Shown here: positions 53,820 to 64,000 of the stretch, piece by piece | Numbering within the stretch: the stretch's first letter is position 1 | How the letters are laid out: each line of letters opens with the position of its first letter | Origin: Octopus vulgaris | Taxonomy: Eukaryota | DNA: 64,000 nucleotides | Assembly: GCA_951406725.2 (NCBI GenBank) | Contig: OX597816.1 | Location: 33,480,001-33,544,000, forward strand | Reading direction: 5' to 3' | Made by a program: the position numbers and the translations under genes | The notes under the pieces: generated by a model | Databases searched by the model: none | Told to the model about the DNA's origin: nothing | The model's input: only the letters and a program-made list of their open reading frames with translations

Positions 53820-55150
53820 AACAATACAGTAGTAAGAGCTAGAGCGACAGTAGCAATAAGTACGACATTAGCTACACTATCCACACAACAACGATAATAA
53901 ATGATAGTAACTGCGATAAGACGACAAAGAACAAAGTAGTAATAGTAAGAACAACATTCAAACAAGATCAGCAACACGGTATCATCACGATGCCACAGAA
54001 GCAACGATGCAAACAAAACAACAAAGTGACAACACGAATACAAGAGAAAAAACAGCAACAATAACAGTAACAAAAAGCTTAATAGCAACTTCGACAATCG
54101 CAAAAACAGCAATAGGAGATACCGTATCTAGAGCAATAACAAAATTCACCAACAACACGGGAATACCACCACCACCACCACAAAAACAACAACAACAAGA
54201 AGCACCATTACATGAGTAATGACAAACGTAACAGCAATAATAACAACAATAACTGCTGAAACGACAATAAAAATCTCTATTGGCTTAAATGGATAAATCT
54301 TGTACTTCTTATTAGTGGAATAAGTAACTCTATCAGCAGCGACAATAATGTTAACATCTCCATTACTGTTCATATAATGTCGTCCATCTTTAGCGAAGCA
54401 AGTTTTACAATTAACGCTACCTCCACAACCAGCTTCGCTACTACTTTTCTATCAGCCCCATTAGAACTGCTATTAAAATTAATACCAGGAATACCATCGC
54501 TTACACTACAGTCACCAAAACAAAAAAAACAAAAAAAAAACAGTGACACAATCATGAGCAAAAATCACCGCGGCTATCAACTTAAGTATTGCTCGAAGCT
54601 ACGATTAAGACACCACTGCCGCCCCACCACCTCACCGCTACCGACGTCACCACCACCACAACCACCACCAGCCCTTCAAGAATTTGGACCCGGAGACCTC
54701 TTTTTACAGCGACTTCGAGGGCCACCTCCCAGTGGTGTCGGGCGTCAACGAAGAGCCCTCGACTAAAACTAGACGACCAAAGTTTTTTTTCCAAGGTCTG
54801 GGGTCGCCCGCTCCTAAGCCCTAGACCATCACCTAATCACCCTTACCCGTCTTGTTGCTTAACAACAACAAGAACCACCATCACTTAAGCCAGTAATATA
54901 ACTTTTATTACCGCTACAACTATTATCGTCACCACTACTCGCAGAAAAACCACCACCACAACTAGCGTAGCCGCTACTAACATCCAGTCAATTACCAAAG
55001 CCATATCGCCACCGTTAACATTACAAAAGTCATGATCATAAACACTAACAGCATCACACCCAGCCTAACTCACGCCAAGCCAACACTCCCACGGCGAGGA
55101 CGATGACCAGGAACACCACCACCACTACCCTTAACATTTCCACAACCACT
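53820..55150. repeat. Cryptically simple region of decayed (AAC)/(AAT)/(CAC) triplet repeats
   Basis: A/C-rich on + with persistent 3-nt periodicity; interrupted by a more GC-rich non-repetitive patch at ~54670-54830. Confidence 0.7.
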
Positions 55151-55155
55151 TATAC

Positions 55156-55543
55156 CTGTAGTTCCCAATCTGGGGTCCGCAAATATAGTACTGGGGTTCC
55201 GTGAACTAGATTTAAAATTTCATATTTATATATATATATATGTAGTGGTTTTACTTTTATCGTATATTAAACTTTTTAATACTTCTTGATAGTTATATAT
55301 ATATATTTTTTTAATTAATAATTTTAATTTTGAATTTAAATAATTTAAATTTTTAAATTATATATTTTATATATTTTATATGATTTTGATTTTGATTTTT
55401 CCAGTTTCAGCTAATGAGATGTGGCCATGCTGGGGCACCGCCATTACATTAATATATTATATTAATCATTTTTAATTTTTAATTTTGGTTTATGTTTTTC
55501 ATTGTTTGATTTGCCTAATAGTGGTTTTATCTCTAATTTAATT

Positions 55544-55581
<38 letters not shown>

Positions 55582-56037
55582 CATACATATGTGTGTGTAT
55601 TTGTGTGTGTATGTGTGTGTATTTGTGTGTGTATGTGTGTGGAGGCACAATGGCCCAGTGGTTAGGGTAGCGGACTCGCAGTTGTAGGATCGCGGTTTCG
55701 ATTTGCAGACCGGGCGTTGTGGTTGCGTATTGAACTAAAACACCTAAAGCTCGACGAGGCTCAGGCAGAGGATGGTGGTGATACCTGCTGTACACTTTCA
55801 CCACAACTTTCTCTCTTGCTTCTTTTGTCCTGCTCGCTAAGCCAGCGGGGAGGGGGGCGTCATTTGAAGGCTAAAACAATGCGAAGCGCATTGTGACCAG
55901 TGAGGTGTAGTAACATCTGATAGCCTCGTCGGGCATGGTGGTCAAGGTGATATATATATATATATATGTGTATATATATAAAAGGATAAGCATATCAACA
56001 GGGGTCCATGGTTGAGAACCACTGTTGGGAACCACTG
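55156..56037. mobile_element. hAT (Charlie-like) MITE with nested SINE insertions
   Basis: Left end ctgtagttcccaatctggggtccgc; right end ggttgagaaccactg followed by ttgggaaccactg (TIR consensus CAGTGGTTCCCAA). 8-bp flanks acttatac (55148-55155) and gtttatac (56038-56045) match at 6 of 8. Subterminal ggggtcc motifs at both ends. Confidence 0.7.
55641..55950 (+). mobile_element. tRNA-derived SINE, family C (OR-type head), tail variant 2
   Basis: ggaggcacaatggcccagtggttagggtagcggactcgc...ggtttcgatttgcagaccgggcgttg; tail gcgaagcgcattgtgaccagtgaggtgtagtaacatctgatagcc recurs at 61899-61969. Confidence 0.85.
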
Positions 56038-56739
56038 GTTTATACCATCACGGCCATGGTCACCACCACCATCACCGTCATTACAGCTATAGTAATCAAT
56101 ACTGGATATACTAAAGTAATTCGGAAATAAATTTTTTAAATATTTTTTGTAACGTAAAATATCTCTCGGTCCCGTCACTTTCAATGAAATAATTGAATAT
56201 CGTTGTTGGAATTAGAGCATTAGTTGATAGCACAAACATCAGCGATATTTTTAACCACTTCAAAAACCGAACGTTGGACGGAATCACTTTATAGGAAGAA
56301 GGTTTTAAGGTAAAGAACGAAAGAGTTATCCGGCCTCCACCCCACCCGCAACACACACACACACAAATACGCAATAAATAAATAAAACGGAAAAAATAAA
56401 TATATTAAAGTTTGAAAGTGGAAGTTAAAAAAAAAATAAAATGTATTTTCAGGAATGATAAATTTTAGTTTTCGACTTTTAAAAAGAAAATAATGTTCCG
56501 TTTCCAGAAAAAGGTAAAAAAAAAAAAAGATGAAGGAAAGTAAAGAAAAGAAAAAAAAATAGCGAAAACAAATGTGACATGAAATGTTAGAAAAAAAAAA
56601 TCAATGGCAAAGTTTTATTCAATTTCCTGTGGATTCCTCTTGAAGGAAATGGCCCGAAAAACAAAATAATAGACAGCATGGATGAAAGAAAGAAAATCAG
56701 AAATAACTCGCAAAAACGTAGCTATAGCCACATTGCGAT

Positions 56740-56792
56740 GCTACTGCTACAGCTGTTGCTGGTGCTGCTACTGTTGTTACTACTACTACCCA

Positions 56793-56834
<42 letters not shown>

Positions 56835-56933
56835 AGCTAGTACTACTGCCGCTGCTGCTACCGCCACCAGCACCACTACTACTACTACTACTTAATAATA
56901 ATAATAATAATAATAATAGCAATAGTAGTAGTG

Positions 56934-56984
<51 letters not shown>

Positions 56985-56986
56985 GC

Positions 56987-57025
<39 letters not shown>
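56740..57025. repeat. (CTA/CTG)n(AAT)n compound microsatellite at the 3' end of a SINE
   Basis: Directly visible; explains the poly-Leu/Asn/Ser ORFs. Confidence 0.95.
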
Positions 57026-57026
<1 letters not shown>

Positions 57027-57245
57027 TTTCCTTACTGCCCCCAAAAGGGCTAAACATAGAGTGGACAAAGACAGACAAAGGGATTAAGTCGATTACATCG
57101 ACCCCAGTGCGAAAATAGTACTTAATTTATCAATCCCGAAAGGATGAAAGGCAAAATGGACCTCGGCGAAATTTGAACTCAGAACGTAACGAGACGAAAT
57201 ACCGCTAAGCATTTCGCCCGGCGCACTAACGTTTCTGCCAGCTCA
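57026..57245 (-). mobile_element. SINE family B copy
   Basis: Aligns with 7853-8086. Confidence 0.9.
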
Positions 57246-57249
57246 ATAA

Positions 57250-57450
57250 TCCCTTCTACTACAGACACAAGGCCAGCAATTTGGGTGAGGGGTATTTCGA
57301 CCCCAGTACTCAACTGGTACTTAATTTATCGACTCCGAAAAGATGAAAGGTAAAGTGCCCTCGGCGGAATTTGAACTCAACGAGGCGACAAGCGAAATAA
57401 CGGTAAGCATTTGATCCAGCGCGCTAACGATTCTGCCAGCTCGCCGTCTT
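57250..57450 (-). mobile_element. SINE family B-related copy with an alternative 3' tail
   Basis: Same head and central domain as family B, but the minus-strand tail reads aaattgctggccttgtgtctgtagtagaagggattatt. Confidence 0.82.
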
Positions 57451-57562
57451 AAAATTTGTAGTAAGTCCCCTTAATGCAGCCTCATGGTTATGTTGAACCT
57501 TGCCCAGGGTGTTCATTATTGCTGTCTACAAGTATCTTTACCTATAAGTCTAATAAGTCACC

Positions 57563-57602
57563 AATAATAATAATAATAATGATGACGATGATGATAATGA
57601 TG

Positions 57603-57666
<64 letters not shown>
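57563..57666. repeat. (AAT)n/(GAT)n microsatellite
   Basis: Directly visible. Confidence 0.95.
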
Positions 57667-57667
<1 letters not shown>

Positions 57668-58312
57668 CAGACAAATAGATAACAGAAACACCAGGACTAA
57701 CAAGTATATATAACACACAGAAAACAGCACTACGAGACACCGCACACATCCTATGTAAAACACTTCCAAAACAGTAACAATAAAACTATCACAACAAAGC
57801 ACAGCACGCACCCAAGTCACACAGCCGCACACGCTAGTGCAGTGAAAGCACGTGATAAAAGTAAGACTACTGAAAGATAATAATAATAATAGCAACAGAA
57901 GTAACAATTAGAAGTAGTTGTGGTTGTAGTCGTACTTTTTGGTAGTAACAGCCACGGCATAAAAAAGAATATACAATAGCTCTAAAAAAAATAAGAGACA
58001 ATACCTCGAAAATTATAGCGTGTGTATATGTGTGCACATATGTATGAGTGTATATATATGTTTGAATATATAGACATACATCAACGTTCCTGGTTAAACA
58101 CAGAATCATGACACAGAATCATGACACAGAATCATGTACAGTGTTAGAGACCAGGTCTCCATTAGATTTTTATGGCTTACCCAATATTGGACCAATGATG
58201 TTTAACCCTAGCTGGTACGTGCTTGAGCAGACCTAGAATGGAAAGATTTCCATCCATCGGGAACCTGTTCTTTCAGGAATTATTTTATGATATACTGTAT
58301 TTTTATTAAATA

Positions 58313-58702
58313 CTAGCAGTATCGCCTGACGTTGCTCGGGTTTGTTTCGACCCTTTAGAATTGGAATTTCTGAAAAGTAAACATTTTGCATTATATACTT
58401 TGTTATTCTCTTTTAGTGAACATTTCTCTGGTTGAAATACACCGAAAAATGGCGACACAGCAGTAAAAAAATCGTAAAAAATAGGGATTTTCATATAAAA
58501 AAAGCACCTTTTTGATGTAAATAATTTTTGGTGTTAACATGGTCCGATTTGAATTTTTTTGTTCTACGAAAGGAAGAGCAAGCCTTCTATCATACTCTCA
58601 ATTTTGGTCACCTTGCGCCGCAGGGTCTCGGAGGAGATAGTGTTAATTGAAGGCTACCAAGCCTGCTATACACAGACAACTTCAGCTTTGTATATAGAAA
58701 GA
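58313..58702 (-). mobile_element. Non-autonomous Helitron (~390 bp)
   Basis: Minus strand starts A|TCTTTCTATATACAAAG and ends aacccgagcaacgtcaggcgatactgCTAG|T: 5' TC, 3' CTAG, subterminal GC-rich hairpin remnant, inserted between A and T with no TSD. Confidence 0.82.
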
Positions 58703-59564
58703 TTTGGGTGATTTAGCTGTTATTTCTAACAGGTCGTGCGACCACATGTATTCTGTGTCAGATATATAGTAATGTACAATGGCTTATCTAGGCCACAGGC
58801 AGTGTTCCTATTTTTTCCCAAAACACGAAGAGTTCGTCTAATAGGGGAAAGGTAATAGCACTAAAGTTATTCCATATAAATTGTTCAAAAACACCAAAGA
58901 AGGGGGTGAGCATGGATGGATCAATATATTTTGAGACCATGGACCTGGTTGAGAAAATGTTTACTTTTCAATAAGTATTTGTAATCTCTAATAGTACAGA
59001 GAACTGTAATACATACTTCTTCATTAAAAGGGGACTGGGACATTATCCTATAAACCAAGACGAATATTTATTGGGAATAAACGTGTTTGTAGGGGAGTCT
59101 AATAATTATTCTGGACAAAAGAATTTCTATACCTCTTAAAATTGTTTACTAACTTATAAATCCTTATCAATCAGACCACAGAGTTATGTCATCACTATCT
59201 CTCATCTTGTTTTCAGAAAGTCAGTGTATGTACCTAAGATAACATTATTGAACGCTTCATTTGCTTTATGCGAGGTTATGGCACGGCTTCCAGTGATAAT
59301 TTGCTCATATTTCTGTACAAAGTAGAATATATAAGATGTCTTCTTGGATTGTTCAATATATGCGGACAGTAAATGTGAGGTTATGTATAAATGCAGATCT
59401 GCATCACTCTCGATATGATTAAACAACAACTCCGTTTAGGTCGGTTCTGTCATGTGATCATGCATTTAACTATGTGTGTATTAGATGACAATATGCATTG
59501 TATTAGGCTATGTATCATATCAAAGTGATTTTATTTATTGAGAATTACAAGCGTATATATGAAC

Positions 59565-59648
<84 letters not shown>

Positions 59649-59900
59649 GAATAAGTAAACACAGGGATTGGTATCATCCTACGTATAGGTATTTATGAGT
59701 TTCAGGTTGTGCCTATGAATTTGTGTGTGTTGATAATGTCGTGTGTCTGAGTATGCAAATTTTATGTAAGGGAAGGTGTATAATATTTATAATTTGTGGG
59801 TATGTGTACTTTCACTCACACACAAACACGTATACATATATTTTCATACATGCATCTAAACATAAGTACAAGCACATGTTTATATAAGCCTATCCTCCCC

Positions 59901-59981
<81 letters not shown>

Positions 59982-61852
59982 CGCGTGTAAATAAACGCAT
60001 ATGTTAGCGTATATATGTATATGATTGGTGTGTGTGTGTGTGCGTGTGAGAGTGTGAGAGAGGGAATGCTTGCTGTTCGTAGCTAATGGATTCTGTTCAG
60101 CTTATGTCTGTTTAGCGTAGTTTAATGTCCGCTCGCTGCTCTTCATGATGAGCTCCGCAAACATTTATAGTTTCCAAGCTTATCAAAATTTATTGCATTG
60201 TGCTCGTAAAGGATTAACCAGCCATTTCCCTTTGTCTAAACCAGAAAACAAGCCAAATTTAATATAAACCAGTTCATGTATTACCATAAATCGGGTAGAA
60301 TTTAATGTCAGAATTTTTATCCATTTACCAACATGCACGAAATATTCGGAGGTGATTTCGACTGTAAAATAATGTGGTTAATGTATACAGTCACTTGTAA
60401 AATTGAAACTGTATTCTAATCCAAGCGAAAGTTAATGAACTAATTTTAGTTCATTTGTTATTTTTTTTCATTGATTGCTCACAAGAATAAAATTATTGCT
60501 TAGACACTGTAAGACGCTCTCATGCGATAATTGAGAAGTAGTGCTGCAATTAATATTTAGACGAGAAACTTAAAGATTATTGGCATTGAAATTTTCAGAA
60601 GGATTGTGACTGAATATAATGGTTCTCCGTGATATATGAAACAGAATAACAGACATTGAGCTTGAAAATCTAAAAAGTTAGGTTCGAGTTGAATTACGTC
60701 ATTAATTTAGTTTCATATTTCCATAGGAATTTCAGAAATGAGTAGCTTGGATTTGACTTCATTTGAGAAGTGAGCTGTGGGGGAAGAAAACTTTAATTGA
60801 TTAAAACAATACTGTTTCATGGTGACTGATATCACTTTTCACATTCATATAAATAACGCTCTTCTAATTTATATTCAAATTCAGTTGTTATATTGCCCCA
60901 GGTCATGTCTGATTAAGTTAGCCAGTATCGAAGTCATATGAGACGTGTGTAGGATACATTTTTGTTTTTAAGATGACTGGTTAATTTTAAGATGACTGGA
61001 GATGAATTTTTATCATTCTGTACAGGTCGAGCAATCATATGGAAACACCATCATTCACCCCCATTAATCTACATTCTTGTTTAATTGTTAAGGGTACAGC
61101 AGAGCAGTTTGACATCGCTAACGGAGTCCAAGTTAAAATTCGGTTCGCTAACTTAGAAGCTGTAAGAACGAAATAGTCACTCGTCACTCATCTGACCGAA
61201 CACTTCTAAGAAAGTGTCGGTTGCTGCAATTGTTTTCACTGCCATTAACTTTGTGGAAATTATAGACGTTACAGTAGGCCAAATCCTTCTTCCTTTAATA
61301 TATATTACCTCTGACAATCCCTAATACATGAAAGGTTAAGAGAATGATTTGTGAAAATTACCAGTTATTGCGAAAATTATGGCAGTAAAATCTAGAGATG
61401 CCTGCAACAAATATTGATTTTTCTCCACTGATATCTAATATAGAAGAACCTTGTAAAAGCATATTAAAAATAACATAACAATAGCGTGAATAACATTTAG
61501 TAAAAGTGAAAGAGTGTGGAGTGTTATATGGCGCAGGCAAGGTGGTGTGTTTAAGAGGGTTACTCTGCCATAATGTGTTTCTGCACGGCTTCTTAAGCAC
61601 GTGTGTTGTAGCATAGATTACTTTAGACCAAAGTGCTATGAATGAAATTTGGTTAAGGATCATCTGTATGAAACGCTCTCAAAGAGACTGTGCCTGTCTA
61701 AGTTGCCTTTCGTTGCTTACACTCTACTGGAGGTATACAGACCGGTTCTCTCGCCTGAGTAATTTTCTTTCTTCTTCTCTCGTAACTCTCTTAGGCCATG
61801 AAAAATGGCATGGATTTTGTTATCCATGCTCTGGCTAAGCCTATATATATAT

Positions 61853-61888
<36 letters not shown>

Positions 61889-61898
61889 ATATATATAT

Positions 61899-61969
61899 GC
61901 AAAGCGCATTGTGACCAGCGATGTGTAGCAACATTTGATAGCCTGATCGGTGACGGTGATCACGGTGAT
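61899..61969 (+). mobile_element. 3' tail fragment of SINE family C variant 2
   Basis: gcaaagcgcattgtgaccagcgatgtgtagcaacatttgatagcctgatcggtgacggtgatcacggtga matches ~55881-55950. Confidence 0.8.
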
Positions 61970-62311
61970 ATATATATATACACATATAAATGGATATGTT
62001 ACGAAGTCGTAAATAAACCAACACCAGTTGCTAAATAAAAAATAGTGATAGGTGGCAAACACAGACACACACATTATATATATTTTTTTATACATGCATA
62101 TATGATGTCTTCTATGAAATTTCATCCATCAAATTTACTCGCAAGGCATTAATCGGTCCGAGGCTCTAATAAAATCACACATCCAAGTTAATCACGCATT
62201 AAGACTAAACACGAAAATACGTAGCTGCAATGTATGCTTATCAACCACATACTGATGCCGTTAAAAAGTGTTGAGAACATGAGGTAGAATTTAATATTTT
62301 CCGAGATATTG

Positions 62312-62360
<49 letters not shown>

Positions 62361-62545
62361 TCTATCTCCTCTTCTCCTTTATTTTTCGCTTCAGATATCA
62401 ACTTCTGTCAATGGTTGGTGTTATTGCACTAGTAATCGATCTTGTATCAATTTGTTTTAAGAGACAGAAATAGCAACATAGTTTTCATACATTGTGGTGA
62501 TAATCTGGTACTCCATTCATCTACCTGAAAAACCAGCTCCGCGTT

Positions 62546-62750
62546 TCTTTTATTCTTTTACTTGTTTCGGTCATTGGACTGCGGCCATGCTGGAGCACTG
62601 CCTTTAGTCGAACAAATCGACCCCGGGACTTATTCGTTGTAAGCCTAGTACTTATTTTATCGGTCTCTTTAGCCCAACCGCTAAGTTACGGTTGTCAATC
62701 AATGTAGTGGGGTAGCAAACACAGACACAGAAGGATATATACATACACAA

Positions 62751-62795
<45 letters not shown>

Positions 62796-62948
62796 CATAT
62801 CCGACGGTCTTCTTTCAGTTTCCGTCTACCAAATCCACTCACAAGGCTATAGTAGAAGACACTTGCCCAAGGTGCCACGCAGTGGGACTGAACCCATGAC
62901 CATGTGGTTAGTAAGCAAGCTACTTACCACACAGCCACTCCTACACCT
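62546..62948 (-). mobile_element. SINE family A, near full-length with two small deletions
   Basis: Colinear with 6863-7278. Confidence 0.92.
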
Positions 62949-63404
62949 AGTATTATTATCGTAAATAATCTGTACATCACTAGGAGCAGACTGATTACAA
63001 AAATCTTCTAAAACAGATTTGCTTGCTGTTCTGTTCAATGAGGGTGGAGTACGCAGAAACAACAAGGACCCTGGAGAAGCCGAGTGTGTACAGTCTACAA
63101 GGAAAGGATTTTAATTACTGTGTGCGTTATGTAGATTTATAACAGAAGAATTTTAGTGAGTGAATCAGTGAATGACGGTATCGGGTTAGTGAAATATAGA
63201 GAGAGGTTGATTCACGAGTGTATTAGATTGTAGTGAGAGTAACCATAAGTAAATACGGAATTTTAGAGAGAGTAATAGTCAGAATATACTAAATCCTAGT
63301 AAGAGTTAACTGACAGTGGGGTGAATAGAGAAACGGTAAAAGAAAATAGGGCATTCGATTCAGCAATTTGGCAAGTTATAGAAGTCCATGACAAACACAA
63401 TACA

Positions 63405-63799
63405 TCTTTATATATAAAAGTGAGGTTGTGTGCTGTCTGTCTCCTACTGTTTAGATTCCTAACTACTCCCACATTTTGCGGTGCAGTTTAACCAAAACCG
63501 GGTATCTTATAGTCGTGATTCATATCGAGCCCTTCTGGGTATTAGCGCGCGTCTACGATGAGTCTACGATTTAAAAAAAATTACCATAAATGTTTCCCAT
63601 TTTAATGCATTTTTGGCATATATAAGGGAAGTAACTCTCTAAACATTTATTATTAAATCTCAGAACGTAAAAAGCTTCAGTAACACCCCCCGACTTTGTA
63701 GTTAGCCATATTGAGATGGCTATTATACTTCACATCTCTAAAAATGCTTATATAGTTATTTCCCTTACAAACCCGAGCAACGCCGGGCGATATTGCTAG
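63405..63799 (+). mobile_element. Non-autonomous Helitron (~395 bp)
   Basis: A|TCTTTATATATAAAAG...aacccgagcaacgccgggcgatattgCTAG|T: 5' TC, 3' CTAG, hairpin cccg...cggg about 8 nt before CTAG, AT target. Confidence 0.87.
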
Positions 63800-64000
63800 T
63801 TGAATATAAAAGAAGCTATAGAAACGAACGGCATATAGAGTAGATGGATACAACAGTGATAAAGAGAAATACGGAGTGGAATGTCTAATTATAAGAAAAA
63901 GAAGCAATTGCTTTAAAATCAAGTAGAGAAAACGAGGGTTAAATGGTGGTTTGAAATAATTTCTGAAAATGTAAAGTATTGAACTGACAGAAGTATCTGA

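Noticed and set aside
54377-54888. Pro/Thr-rich ORFs of 99-129 aa
   Set aside because: Arise from decayed triplet repeats; no domain or splice support.
56678-57118. 146-aa ORF with signal-peptide-like poly-Leu and poly-Asn
   Set aside because: Compound (CTA)n(AAT)n microsatellite running into an antisense SINE.
58098-58136. Short tandem repeats (acacagaatcatg x3; also a ~24-bp duplication near 2385-2430) considered as an array
   Set aside because: No spacers and only 2-3 units; ordinary slippage. There is no CRISPR-like array or prokaryotic gene content in the window.

Overview
AT-rich eukaryotic genomic DNA, saturated with (TA)n/(CA)n/(AAT)n microsatellites and with tRNA-derived SINEs that I recognise as typical of octopus (coleoid cephalopod) genomes; the taxon is inferred from repeat content. 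Almost all ORFs in the supplied track are microsatellite artefacts. The one clear host coding sequence is missed by that track: a 108-nt minus-strand exon (28551-28658) of a matrix metalloproteinase, with cysteine switch PRCGVAD and furin site RKKR. No neighbouring exon is recognisable, so most of the window is probably intron. The rest is repeats: at least three SINE families, CR1/Jockey-type LINE remnants (RT and APE), a mariner transposase remnant, two non-autonomous Helitrons, hAT- and pogo-like MITEs, two long fold-back hairpins and a local 340-bp duplication. The most unusual signal is a set of small non-coding elements carrying minimal type I hammerhead-ribozyme-like folds of the Penelope/retrozyme kind. 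These include a palindromic element that joins a Pol III tRNA-like head to a hammerhead tail (37826-38340) and a terminally redundant 475-bp unit with a canonical hammerhead core (13801-14384). All alignments and folds were done by eye, and the ends of degenerate repeats are approximate.
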